DNA of 64,000 nucleotides, taken from positions 12,005,180 to 12,069,179 of the forward strand of contig CM119266.1 of NCBI GenBank assembly GCA_051294375.1, written 5' to 3'. The first letter of the stretch is position 1. The number at the start of each line of letters is the position of its first letter. The translations under genes were made by a program, and so were the position numbers. The stretch comes from Paraspadella gotoi (taxonomy: Eukaryota; Animalia; Chaetognatha). The notes under the pieces are model-generated. The model did not search any database, had not been told where the DNA came from, and was given only the letters and a program-made list of their open reading frames with translations. This document shows, piece by piece, positions 1 to 13,404 of the stretch.

Positions 1-254
1 ATTACCTTCGTTGCTCACTTTTCGGAACGACAACGCCGCTTCGTTTGCCTTCCCCCCTACCCCTTTCCCCGCCAACCCTTATACATCGAACCCATTTTCC
101 CTCCCCCCCCTTTTTCAAAAATCCTCCTTCTTCTCTCTTCTGCCATTCCCCATCTGCACTCAACTTCCCTACCCACCGCGCCGGATTTTCCACTCCCCGG
201 CTCCGCTTGCATCGACCCGCACTTCTTGGCCGCCCCCGCCGGCCCATTACCCAG

Positions 255-898
255 GCGACGAAGCGAGCTCCATGTTCTTCGTCCTCGAAGGCGAAGTCGT
301 TGTCGTCGTCGGCGGAAAAAAGAGGTTAACCGCCTGAGCGCCGGCGGATATTTCGGAGAGATGGCGCTGATGACGAAGGAGAAACGGAGCGCCACCGTCA
401 AAGCGGCCGGACACGTCGTCCTCGGTACGTGATTGATGGAAGGGGAGGGGCGTGGACGCGGTTTGGCGTGGGAGCGTTAGACTCGGGACGAGCTGTGAAC
501 GTCGTCATTTGCATAATTGGCAATATTGAAAATTGAGTAAATTAACATTTTCGAAAAAGTGAAATTTGGGTTAATCGCGGTCATTTACTCGTGTCGATAA
601 ACGACTAGTGGTCTTGTAAAGTTTTATCTTTCTAAATCCTTATTTGTTTATTAATATGCAATTTTTTTAGGTTCTTTTCGGATCCCGTATTTTCCTCTCG
701 AAAACCCCTTTTCACTTTCAAAATCAATTTTTGCTTTCGATTCATCTGACTTCCGGTCTCCATTCCGACGGACGCGCCCACTTTATATATTTAATTTGTT
801 GAATTTCCCCAGGCGAGTTGGGCGTGGACGCGTTCGAGCGTATCTTGGGTCCGTGCAAAGAGCTCATGCGACGCAAACAAGATACGTACAAGAAATAA
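255..898 (+). CDS. 3' end (last two coding exons, 255-424 and 813-898) of a cAMP-dependent protein kinase regulatory subunit-like / cyclic-nucleotide-binding protein; apparent 1-nt frameshift at A6 316-321
   Basis: ccag| acceptor 253-254, G|gtacgt donor 425, cccag| acceptor 811-812, phases match (1/1). Joined translation GDEASSMFFVLEGEVVVVVGGK-(shift)-EVNRLSAGGYFGEMALMTKEKRSATVKAAGHVVLGELGVDAFERILGPCKELMRRKQDTYKK*. It contains the phosphate-binding cassette FGE(M)AL...R and the PKA-R C-terminal signature AFERxLGPC. Upstream exons lie outside the window. Confidence 0.85.
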
Positions 899-1669
899 TG
901 ATCGAATTTGGGCGTAAAGTGTTTCGAGTTTTTTTTGGGGGGAAAAAGATCGCCTTGCATTTTTTTGAAAAATGTAATACGGAAATGAATATAACAAGTT
1001 TTATTTAGTTTTTATTTTCTAGCAGCCCGTGATGCCAGTAAATCAGATATAGGGGATCAGGAAATTACAAAACTAAAAATTTCAAATTTTAAAACGATTT
1101 TCAAGGGGACGGGGGACGAGAGAAAGATTATTTTAGAAAGGAAATGAGAATTTTATTTTGCTCCCTGTAGTGTAGCTTAAAATTTAAACGAGTAACAAAA
1201 TAATGTTTTTTCAGGAAATTACTTTTTTTGTAAACTAAATTCCTGTTGGCTTAATTGACTATTAAGATTAATATAATTGATATAATTAATATAATTGACT
1301 AATAATAAGGTTAAAGCTGGGAAATTATAAATTAAAATTGCGTTATATCAATCGTCTTTGTTACGAACGCATTGACAACTTAAAACTTCGTAATTTAAAA
1401 AATCATAACTTTGAAAGGTGAACACGAAAGTGGCTTTAATTGTGCTTGGTATTTTTTTTATTTTGTATTTTTGTTTTTTTCGGTAGGTGGGGCACAGGTT
1501 CGTCCGATCGTATTAGTCATAACAAAGTCGAAACTTTACGACCCCAATTACTTCTGTGTATAAAATAGACATCCCTTTTCGCTTGGACAGGAATGCCTAA
1601 TTCTCTCTCTCACTCTCTCTCTGTTTCTGTCTCTCGAGAAAGAGACGTTTTCCCTCAGCTTGAAAATAG

Positions 1670-1671
<2 letters not shown>

Positions 1672-1735
<64 letters not shown>
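1672..1735. repeat. (GA)n microsatellite
   Basis: Perfect dinucleotide run read directly. Confidence 0.95.
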
Positions 1736-1740
<5 letters not shown>

Positions 1741-1874
1741 AATGTTCTCCTCTAGACTTTTTGAATTCTCCAAATTGCCCTGGGAGAAAAATTCAAACAT
1801 CCTCCGGGCGCTCAGGAGGGAATCATAAATGCCAATATGTTTGCGAGGCCGTTACTTCTTTTAAAAAAATGGGA

Positions 1875-2604
1875 NNNNNNNNNNNNNNNNNNNNNNNNNN
1901 NNNNNNNNNNNNNNNNNNNNNNNNNNNNNNNNNNNNNNNNNNNNNNNNNNNNNNNNNNNNNNNNNNNNNNNNNNNNNNNNNNNNNNNNNNNNNNNNNNNN
2001 NNNNNNNNNNNNNNNNNNNNNNNNNNNNNNNNNNNNNNNNNNNNNNNNNNNNNNNNNNNNNNNNNNNNNNNNNNNNNNNNNNNNNNNNNNNNNNNNNNNN
2101 NNNNNNNNNNNNNNNNNNNNNNNNNNNNNNNNNNNNNNNNNNNNNNNNNNNNNNNNNNNNNNNNNNNNNNNNNNNNNNNNNNNNNNNNNNNNNNNNNNNN
2201 NNNNNNNNNNNNNNNNNNNNNNNNNNNNNNNNNNNNNNNNNNNNNNNNNNNNNNNNNNNNNNNNNNNNNNNNNNNNNNNNNNNNNNNNNNNNNNNNNNNN
2301 NNNNNNNNNNNNNNNNNNNNNNNNNNNNNNNNNNNNNNNNNNNNNNNNNNNNNNNNNNNNNNNNNNNNNNNNNNNNNNNNNNNNNNNNNNNNNNNNNNNN
2401 NNNNNNNNNNNNNNNNNNNNNNNNNNNNNNNNNNNNNNNNNNNNNNNNNNNNNNNNNNNNNNNNNNNNNNNNNNNNNNNNNNNNNNNNNNNNNNNNNNNN
2501 NNNNNNNNNNNNNNNNNNNNNNNNNNNNNNNNNNNNNNNNNNNNNNNNNNNNNNNNNNNNNNNNNNNNNNNNNNNNNNNNNNNNNNNNNNNNNNNNNNNN
2601 NNNN
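1875..2604. other. assembly gap (730 N)
   Basis: N run; ORFs spanning it are artefacts. Confidence 0.99.
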
Positions 2605-3698
2605 ATTAAAAAATGCAATGACTTTACGTTCTTTTTTTCAAGAGGATATTTTTTTGAAGATTTTTATTAAACGCTTTTAAAATTCGATTATCCCGCCCCC
2701 TTTTTTTTTAAATTTGTCGGACCCTGTTGAAATCGCCGGTCCGTTCTCGAATGGGTGATAGTTAATTTTATGGCTAATCGTTAATCGCCAACCCGATTTA
2801 TAGTAAATCTTGAAAGACCTAATCCATCGATAATTACTGACCGTTAATTCGCTCGTTAATCATTGATCGTCAGCCTCATCTCTATTCTGAGATCCAACGA
2901 TTAATCGCGAAACGTCGGAAAAAATATTCGCGTTTAAACTTTCGTCTCGATGAAAACCGGGAATCGAGGATTAGAAATCAGATCGCGTCGACCGAATCGA
3001 CGAATCGAAAACGAGGCTCCTCGCCTTTTGTTTTTCCCTGATCCCGTCATCGTTAATAACGGATCGTTTTCGTCGTCCTCGACCGTCGTCGTCATCGTCG
3101 TCGTCTTTTTTTGAGAGAGAGAGTTGTCGTCGTTGTTGTCGTTGAAACGATGAAATTCGTGGTATATGGGATATCGTTGAAAACCGACGGAAAGGATAAG
3201 GGGAAAAAGAAAATAGAAGTCGATATGAAAACAAAATTAAAAAAAAAAAAAAGAAATAAAAAAGCGGAGATTTAGACCAATGGTGAAAGATATCGCGACT
3301 CGTCGAAATCTACTCAAGTTTTTTTTCTTCTTTCTCACACCGAAAAAAAACCACAAAAACCGCAAATCAATCGACTTTACAACTTCACAATGTACCGAAA
3401 TCTCGAATCGAATTGAAAAACCTAAAAACCGCAGAAACCGCAAGTGAAATGATAACAACAACTACGACGACAACAACCACAACGAAGATTCACGACGAAA
3501 AATCGCTTTCGTGTTTTCTCTTTCACCTCGATTTCACCGATTTATCACGGGTTCTATTTTGAAATTCTCACAATTTATCAATATAAACTTTGGTTTCGTT
3601 CATTCGCTGTTAACCCAGCTTTCTTTCACTTTCATTCTCTTTTCTCTCTCTCTCTCATCGTCTGCTCTCCTTCTCTCTCATCGTCTCTCTCTCTTCTC

Positions 3699-3736
<38 letters not shown>

Positions 3737-4460
3737 TTTCCCTTTATTTTTCTTCACCCATTCTTTCACAAGGAAGCGTCCCTGGTGGCTTCACGGGGGG
3801 GCAATGGGCGTTCGTCGTCGTAGGTTAAATCCTCATTTTCTTCTCTTTCCTCACCTTTTTTTCTTCTTTACCTCACGTCACCTCCTTACCCCCCATCCCT
3901 TTAAAAGACCTTCCCACCCCCTCCCCACACCACCGTTGGGTCCCACGGAAAAATGATCCATCGAATTTCGTCTCCAATTTTTTTCGGTTTTTTTTTTTCT
4001 TCCTATTTTCCTTTCTTTCCTCTGATCCCCTTAATCCTTGGCGCGAGAACTCTGCGCGAACATATTTGCGAATATCTTTTCAAAATTCCCTTAATCGTTA
4101 GCTTTTTTCGGGTTATTGCGCCGTTTACTATTGTTGTTTTTGAAAGAAAACTAACTTTTGTTGTGAAGTTCAAATTTTAAACAGTTTTTTCTCCAAAGAG
4201 TATAAAATATAATTTAAATATGTATAAAAAATAAAAAAATCCTTTGTCTTCATCGCCTCCTCCCCTCCCGCCGCTAAAACTAAAAACTTAATTTAAAACA
4301 AATAGTCACACTAATAGTTTTTCAAGTAATTAATTTTAAACTAGTAATGAAATAAAAGTCTAAAGATATTGACACCTGGTCCTTCGCCGGTGCATTTCTG
4401 ACCTCATTAGCGCGGAGAGGCATTTCAACGCGTTTACGATCTCATCGTTCCGCCGTCGAC

Positions 4461-4550
4461 GGAGCTTCGGGTCTTCGGGTCTTCGGAGCTTCGGAGCTTC
4501 GGGTCTTCGGGTCTTCGGAGCTTCGGGTCTTCGGGTCTTCGGGTCTTCGG
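4461..4550. repeat. 8-bp tandem repeat (CTTCGGGT/CTTCGGAG), about 11 units
   Basis: ggagcttcgggtcttcgggtcttcggagcttcggagcttcgggt... read directly. Confidence 0.9.
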
Positions 4551-5324
4551 CCGTCGAACGACGTTTACGCTCGATCCGTTCGGCCGGTGACACGTTTAGT
4601 GCTTCCGCGGAACGTCACACTCTTCACAGTGAGAAATGGATGAAACGTTGAAAAAAATCTGGATCTCAGAACGAAAAATGTTGAAAGCGTAGCATGTCAA
4701 GGATTTTTTTAATGGTAATCTTTGCCATCAATATTTCCTAATATAAAGTGAACTTCAGCGTAGTGTTACGTTTGACAGATTGTTTGACGAACAGACATAC
4801 GATGTAAAAAATTAATACATAAAAACAACGGTGGACCCAGAATAAGCTTCTTTAAAACCAACTTAAATTAACAAATATAATGACCGACCGACCGACCAAA
4901 AAATGTCTTGCTAAATCCCCTCAAGCGGGCTCTACCGTTCTTTCTTTATAAGGACGAGGGATGGTGGGGGGAATTGGGTCGAGGAGGGGAATGGGGGGGG
5001 TTTGTGTTCGCATTTCATAAACGCGATGCGGAAGAGAAACTCATAAAACTTTCGTCCACGCATTTTAATTTTCTCCACCAGTCAAAAAAATAAAAATTAA
5101 AAATAAAAAAATTAACGCGAAAAACTCGTCAGCGAAAAAAGAATCTAATTTTCGATCGGTAGGAGAAACATCTCCCACTGTAAACATCTCCCACTGTAAA
5201 CAAAACGGGAGTTTTTCGTCCATTACTTCTCTTAGCTTTTTGGCTTCGCTCTTTCATCGAAACCAACTTAATTGACTCCCGCAGTAAAAGATAAAAAATA
5301 TAACGTTTCCCCCCTCTCTTAATA

Positions 5325-5332
<8 letters not shown>

Positions 5333-5398
<66 letters not shown>
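5333..5398. repeat. (CT)n microsatellite
   Basis: Perfect dinucleotide run. Confidence 0.95.
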
Positions 5399-5401
<3 letters not shown>

Positions 5402-6340
5402 ATACCATCTCTTTTTTAAACGTTTTTATTGTCACGAACTTAAAAACGTTTTTCTTTTACGATAGTCAAAGAGATTTTTTTTCATCGCACTCTCTCCTAA
5501 ATAGTAAATCATATTTTAACCGTCGTCTCTGATCATCTTTAACTCGTCACCATTTGTTGTTGTTTTCAAAAAAATGTTTTAAAAACCTTTTTAAAAAAAT
5601 AAAGATACAACTACGCGATAAAAGATATATTTTTCGCGTAGCCCCCGGCTCGAAATTATTTCGAGTATCAAAAAAAAATACGATTTTTTAAAAAAGATTA
5701 TATTAGTCGAAATTTTGTTATTGAAAGAAAAAATAGAAATTTCGTACGAAAGAGCGAGATATCGATCTCTCAGACAAAAAATATTATCGAACGGGGTTCG
5801 AACCCGATGACGCCAAGAGAGAAACGGAAATTAAGTGTCGCGTCGGCCATCTCCGTTTCTTAACATTGTTGACGTTTTGAACGAAAATATTTTCAAGAAT
5901 TTTAAGAACCTTTTTTTTTCGCACGATCGCCGATAGCCGCTCCCCCGGCCCCCTGCCGAATTTTTCCGGTCCTTCAATTTGGCTCTTTCCTCCCCTTAAG
6001 TTAGAAAAGAGTGGAGAGATGCGGGGTTAGTGGCCCTAACCAGTAACCACTCTCCCATATCTCTTATAATTTCTTATCTCCATCACTCCCCCACCTAACG
6101 TTCCACCCCATTCCTCCACTCCCTCTCTCCCAATTTCTCACCCGCCCCCCCGCCCCCCCCTCTCAAAACCTGTCGTCAGGAAAGAGAGAGAATTTTTATC
6201 GCGGCTTCAAAAGAATTACTTTTTTATTAGAACTTTTTTTTTTTTTCTCGAAAAGAAAGTCTGTGGTGAACTGGTAGTGTAAGTGGAAAAGATGAAAGAG
6301 GCGGACCGAAGGCAGTGGGGGTGGGCCTGTTTAAGGTGGC

Positions 6341-6547
6341 GGGGTGGATGGGGTGGAGAGTCCCGATATGGGAATTAACGAGAGACGGTCGGTGGGCCTT
6401 TTTCTCTCAAGGAAACGGAGGTAGGGCAATAGNNNNNNNNNNNNNNNNNNNNNNNNNGGGGTGGATGGGGTGGAGAGTCCCGATATGGGAATTAACGAGA
6501 GACGGTCGGTGGGCCTTTTTCTCTCAAGGAAACGGAGGTAGGGCAAT
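6341..6547. other. about 90-bp exact duplication (6341-6430 = 6458-6547) flanking a 25-N gap (6433-6457); probably unmerged contig overlap
   Basis: ggggtggatggggtggagagtcccgatatggg...ggtagggcaat occurs on both sides of the N run. Confidence 0.85.
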
Positions 6548-6758
6548 TGGGTGGCAGCCCTCCCAGCGGACGGAGGAGCGAAAAGGGTGGCGGCCCTCCC
6601 GCGGGATAAAAAAGAAAAGCAATGAGGGTGGCGCGGTCCTCGGGGATGCGATTTTTGCAGGAAGGAGTCTGAAATTGCTTTTTTTCTGTCGAGGAGTAAA
6701 ATTCTTTTCAATTTGAAATAGGAGCAAGAGGTGAAGCCAAACAAAAACAGAGAGTTTA

Positions 6759-6858
<100 letters not shown>

Positions 6859-8087
6859 CTATCGCATGGCCTGCTTTCAAAACAACTCGTTAAAAGCGAT
6901 TGGACGGACCCGAACCCCGCGGAGGCGAAGAAGGTAAAAACGCGAAAAAAAAAACTCCGAAAACTGTAATTCGTTACGAAATGGAAAAAAAAAGAAAATA
7001 AAACAGAAAAAGAAAACAAAATTAAAGAATCATCATCATCATCTCGAAAAAAATTTAATTCGGGGGGGCATTAAAAGGCTGCAATTTTTCGACTAACTGC
7101 AACGAATTGCAAGAAAACCTTCATCGACGCTGGCCGTTCCCGAAGGCCTCGTTCTGCAGCCATCGAGCAACTCGGAATCAACGTTAAGTCTTATTTTCAC
7201 ACGTTTCCCCGCGATTCGATTGTTTACGTAAAAAAGAAAAGAGTTATCGCGGATTGCGCCATCGTATATTTTAAGCCGGGGTCGTACATAACAACGACGA
7301 AGAACAACAACAACGGATAACAACAACAACCGTCGACTCCCTCGCGATTCTCTCTCTTTTTTTTTTTTTTTTAAACAAAACAAAAAATATTTTGATGGAA
7401 GATGAAGAGAAGAGGATTGACGAGGGCGAATCTGGATTTTAAAGGCGACGGAGATCGATGGATGACGACGGAGATCGAAATTACGCAACCTCGAAATAAC
7501 ACCAGTGGCTGTGCCCGATATATGTTAATCGCTTGCGAGGTTTTAAGTGAATCGCTAAAGCGATTTCAACCTTTCCCGCGTTCGCAAAACTTTATTTTTC
7601 AACAAATGTTTTTTTGTTTAATCATTGCTCTTTTTTTTTTTAAATACAACTCTAATTTCTCTGCCCGAAGTTGGACAACCAAACCATTCCAGCTCCCGAC
7701 CACGCCCGACTCTTTCGCGACCGCAGAACCCGCAGCGGCTCGTCGAGCGACGTTTGTCCAATAATCCTCGTCCTGGATTTGCCTACAGCGGACGAGAACA
7801 CCTCTCCCCTTTTCTCCCGTTAGTCCCCGATTTAACCTCTCGCAGCTGCGGGGATTTTTGTTCGTCTTCCTCGTCATTTTATTCTTCTTTGTCTCCTTCC
7901 TTCTCCTTCTTCCTTTTAATTTTATCGTCATCTCCTTCTTTGTATTATTCTTTTTCGTCTCCTTCCCTTATCAATTTTAAGACTCATTCAAATCTCGGTA
8001 ATCCTCCTCAACTCGTGTGGAATCTTTTCTCGCGAATTCATCCATAATCTTAAAAGTGGGAGAGACAGACAGAGAGACAGAGAGACA

Positions 8088-8121
<34 letters not shown>

Positions 8122-8282
8122 ATATTTTATTATTTTTAAGAGTTATATTATTTTTCTAATTCCTTGTTATTACACTTTATCTTGATCAATGTTAGAATGG
8201 ACCGAGATCATTTTTTACTGAATATTCACTAAATTCCTAAGGTTTCTTTCAAAAACCGAGGAAAATTTGAACAAACGCTTGT

Positions 8283-8322
<40 letters not shown>

Positions 8323-10500
8323 AGAGAAGAAAAATTCATGAAATGAATAGCAGAAAAATTTCTTTTATTTTCTGTCCCGAAAAATATTGGAACGAATTCT
8401 ACGATTTTAAAATTAAACAAGAAACTTCAAATAAAAACCATGAAATCCCTTGGAGACATTTACCAATAAAATTCTTATCGCTTTCCCACCTCTATTCTTT
8501 TTCTGTCTGTCTGTCTGTCTGTCTGTCTAACAGTCTCTCTCTCTTTCTTATGTTTGATCGCATCCAAATTCGACTTTGCAACACTATCTTTTTTATTTTC
8601 GTATCGCCTTGGTATTTTAAGTAAACGTTAAACGTTATTTTTTTCGCAGTACGCCGGCTCATCCTAAAAGACTTTGATAATTAGCGCCATGATTTAAAGT
8701 ATTTATTTATTTATTCAGCCCCTTGTTTATTTCATAATTTCATCAAGCGTTTGATAACTTCATTTGGATATCCAATCATTTGTTAAATTTTTTATATATT
8801 TTTTTCTGCTTTTTATTCTTTTTAAGTTTGTATAGAGACCTATTTGTTTTTTAATTTCTTCTATTTCTATTTCAACAACAACAACGACAACAATTCCTAT
8901 TTACTTCCAGCGAATTTAAAAAAGGAAAAAAAGTGATAATTTATCGACGTTAATAAAGAAAAGAATTTTGATCCAATATTTGCGACTCGAGAGAAGATTA
9001 AGAACAGTCGTTTTTTCAATACAGACCCCAAAAAAAATTATTTAAAGATCTAGACGTAGATAACTATCTCACACTTGGCGTTTAATTGTTTAGCATAAAA
9101 AAGAGGGGAAAAAATACGTTTGACGAAATAGAATAAAATCGTCAGATAGAGAAATAAATTTTTGAAATGAGGGGGTGGGGGGGGAGAGAAGGAGGAGGAA
9201 GAGAAAGGGATAGTTAAAAAAGAGGAGGAAGAGGAAGAGGTGAGACGTAATTAAGAAGAAAAGAAGGATAAGGAAGATGAAGAGGAGAAAGAAAAAGAGA
9301 TAAGAAAAGAGAAAAAAAAGGGAAAATAAGAATTAAGATAAAAGTTGTAAGCGACGAAATTCGATGGGAAAATATTCGTCGGAAAAAAAAATAAAATCCA
9401 ATTCGATTTGATTAAGTTCATTTTTCGTTTTGATTTTTTAATGTTTCTTCATAGAAAAAGTTAAAAATAATACATTAAAATTAATTTTAAAAAGCAACAA
9501 TAAAAATAAATATTTTTTATCACTCTCGTCGGAAGAATTCGTCTCAACTAACCCTGACAACAAAAAACAGGCTTTTTAACGGCCAATAAAAGAATGAACT
9601 TATATCGCAATTAGTAAACAAACAAAAGACTTCTCAATCGACTTCGAAACGTCTCCTTATTTTCATATTTGCTCATTCGCGCGTTAAAGACTCGGCTCTT
9701 TATATCTAAACAAATTCGAAGACCGACATTCGTTGAATCCCATGACCTGGGATTTAAACCTCGCCACTTTTTCGAGAGATAACCCACAAACTGTTATCAG
9801 TTGTTTACACAGATCAAAAACGTTTATAAGTAAGGCCGGTTAAGAATGCTTTAAAAAAACAAAAAAAAACGAAACGGCTTCTACGTCGGCGGTTGCATTT
9901 TTCAAACGATCCTTATTGTTATTTGTTGATTGTTTTCACATCTGATCGTCTTTGTCGTTTCGACGGCGCGGGGTCAAACAATCCCGGGTCGACTTTGGAT
10001 CACGTGATCGAGCGTCAACACGTATTAAATCGTCGTCGGCGATTGACGCAAACGAGCGGGGGGGGGGCGTGATGGGCATGGGTTTCTGATCCCGAGGGGC
10101 GGGAAAGGTTGGATCAACATCAACTAGTCGTTGTCGTCGTCGTCGAAATCCTCTCAATTTTCTTTTCGTTATCCCATAAGGTCAAACGTTCAAGCGGTCA
10201 GCGAATCTTTTTTCTAAGATCGAAACGGCCGCGCTTTTTCGAAGCCCAGAGGCGCGTTGCGACCTACTCCCCGCCTGACCCCTTGGGAGTCAATCGATCA
10301 CTTTTAATCGCAGTCGATCGCAGTCGATCGCTCTAAGTCGCTCTCAAGTTCGTCTTGTAAATCGCGCAAAATCGCTCAGAACCGCTCCAGGGGCCTTTTA
10401 CCTTAATCGACCACCGGCGCTTCGGTGTTTATACGACGTCCGAAAACATTTTTAATGTTTACGTCGATTTAAGGCGCTCTCACGCGGTGGGGATCAAAGA

Positions 10501-10503
<3 letters not shown>

Positions 10504-10568
<65 letters not shown>

Positions 10569-10593
10569 GAGAGACGAGGACGAGAGAGAGAGA
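10504..10593. repeat. (AG)n microsatellite
   Basis: Dinucleotide run with a degenerate end. Confidence 0.9.
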
Positions 10594-11939
10594 GCGTCGA
10601 GGCGACATAAAATGGAAATGACAAGGCCCGATAATTATGTTTCTCCACTCTCCAGTATTCATGAGCTTGTACATTTGACACATATGTACTTTGTAGAATC
10701 AAAAAAAATTATCTTTCTCTTTTATGTTTTCTAATCGGCAATTTAGTCTCAGTCGTCATGAATTATGCTAGAGCTTATCGATCCTTTTTTTTTACTTCCA
10801 AATGTCATTAAATGTCATTCTGTCATTATGTCAATTTCGACGCGAGTTTTTCTTATCGGAACCGATTGGGTGCCAATGAGTCACATTTGGCGCCTTTGGC
10901 TATCGAGAAAAAATAATCGGGTCAACTGATAGGACCTCATTCTGAATAGAGAGTTTCTCAGGTTAAATGTGCAATTGTGCATTGACTAAAACGCCCTAAA
11001 ATGGTTCATGAATATAAACCTGTATATTCTCATAACAATTCAAAGATTATTTAAACGAGTCCTCAGCATTCAAAGATCGTTTAACCTGAATTCAAAGGCC
11101 CAAAATGTCCCCGATTTGAGTCTAGAGGCCATCCAAAAAAAAAAAAAAAGAATTTCCCTTTGCCTAAGATATTCGATCTCCCGTCGAAGGCGGGAACCGA
11201 GTGAAAGACCGCCGAGATGGAGGAATTTGTTCATGAATAAACTGTCATGGCAGTGGCATGGCAGTCTATTCACCGGGTATGCCATGTAGCAACCTCGGTG
11301 CACCGCAATTTTGTCCGGACTATTATTTTCTGGTTTCAGTTTTAAATCGAGGGTATTTTTTTTTTTGGTTGGGGGACGGAACTCAATTAGATTCTTTTCG
11401 GTCTGTCTGTCTCTCTGGCTATTTTTATTTATTTAAATAGTATATTTAAAAAACTTAACAAAGTATATTTTTAAATAATCCGAAAATTTTTTTTAAACCT
11501 TTTTCTGATTATATAAGAAGAAAAAGGGATAAGAAGGTAATAAAAGGAATAAAAATATTTAGTTTATATATCTGATGATGAATAGAATTATTATTCGAAA
11601 CATGTCTGTAACAATATTAATAAAAAACTCGTTGTGAAAAATAAATCTTTTCTCTTATTAATTTATATGTATAATAAAATATGATAAAACTGTGAGCGTT
11701 ACGAATGATTGAGCGCAGGAACGCGTCCATTTTTTCTACGTTACTTCGTCGTATTCTCGGATCGAAATTCTCTCTCCTCGAATCGACGTTTCGAGTTTCG
11801 GTCCGACTTTTTTAACGACGCGATTTTTCGGGTCGGGGAGATTATGAGCTTTCGGCCTGGGATTTGGGTAGGGGGGGATAAGGGGCGAAAAGGGGCCACA
11901 GTGTGGTTTGGAGAGTTTGACTCTCGAGGGTGGCGATTA

Positions 11940-11975
<36 letters not shown>

Positions 11976-13040
11976 TTAACGCCCAACTTAGTTTAGTATT
12001 CGAAGATTTTATTTTATTTTTCGAATTCATCGAAATTCGCTTTTAATTGCGACTCGAATTTCGAATTCTCGACGAAACAAAAGACAAACGCGAGTTCGAC
12101 AACGTGGGATAAATAATATACGGAGACGGAGAGCTCTTTGGGATGAGGGGAAAAAGTGTTGTACCTTTTCGATCTCTCTCTAAAAAAAAAAGAAAGAAAA
12201 AGAAATGAAAAACAAACAACAACAACCAGGACGAAGGAAAAAAAGAAAACCCAAATTGAAATTCGATACAAAGTTGAGAATAAATCAAAAGCAGAACCGA
12301 AGAAGCCAAAAGAAAATGAGGAAAAATTAAGGAAAAAGGGATGAAAAAAAAGGAAATAAAAAAAAGGAAAGATGAAGATTAAAGCGAAGCGAAATAAAGC
12401 CGAAAATAGAAAATCAAAAGACCCTAAAGGAAGTCGTGATCTCGACTTTTGTCTGATTTACAATTTTCCGCAAATAAAAATTACTGATAAGATAAAATTT
12501 CCCCCCCTACGAGTCATTAAATTGAATTAGTTACGTCCGTGTTTTTTTCAATTTTTATATCGTAAATAATTCATTACGAGGCTCGTTAAAGTGTAGATAT
12601 GAAAACGATTGAATTACAATAATCCATTTTTGCGAGCTAAATATATTGTGATCTGAATTACAAAATATTAGGAAAACATTTATATGAAAACAAATTTTTA
12701 AACGAGTTGGACCTGGTATCAATTAAGGACATTTTTTTTCTTGAGATTTTGTCGAATCTTGATTGTCACTCAAATTTTATGCGAATCAACTCAAACACTC
12801 CAGAGAAACTTCCTTTAGAAGATTAGAGAGAGAAGAGAGAAGAGAGAGAGAGAAGAGAGAGAGAGAGAGACATGCAAAAAAAATATTTGGGCGAACAAAT
12901 CGATATTTCTTCTACCCAAAGTTCGCGAAGAGAAGATCTCGCGATTCAAAGTGACTTTTCTTTGATTTCGCAGTCAACAAATAGCGATCGAGAAAGGTTC
13001 GGCGGAGAATAGAGAGGTCACTGTGAAAAGAGGGAAGCGG

Positions 13041-13056
13041 AGAGATAGATGAGAGA

Positions 13057-13126
<70 letters not shown>

Positions 13127-13316
13127 AAAGAGAGGATGTCATCCCCCTCGGCGAGGAGAAGGGGATCGTCTCGGAATAAATCCCAGCTACTTAACAGCGA
13201 ATAAACTCAATGATCTTCCTTTTTTTTCGGGGGGAAGAAACGTCTTTTCTCTTCGTCTTATTACGTTTTTACTTTTTCCTTTACCAAAGAGTCTCTTTAT
13301 TTTTACTTTTTACTGA

Positions 13317-13401
<85 letters not shown>
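13041..13401. repeat. facing (GA)n (about 13041-13130) and (CT)n (about 13320-13401) tracts
   Basis: Two complementary dinucleotide runs about 190 bp apart. Confidence 0.9.

Positions 13402-13404
<3 letters not shown>

Noticed and set aside
1761-2670. Long ORFs of 268-282 aa in the ORF track
   Set aside because: They consist of X residues from the N gap.
4461-4550. Array of cUUCGg tetraloops or a CRISPR-like array
   Set aside because: Units are 8 bp with no unique spacers, and flanking bases give at most 1-3 weak pairs. It is a simple tandem repeat.
6341-6547. Apparent tandem duplication or target-site-like direct repeat
   Set aside because: Identical copies directly flank a 25-N gap, which is typical of an unmerged contig overlap.
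11230-11275. SECIS element
   Set aside because: ATGA is present but the 3' arm lacks the GA of the non-Watson-Crick quartet, and no selenoprotein ORF is adjacent.
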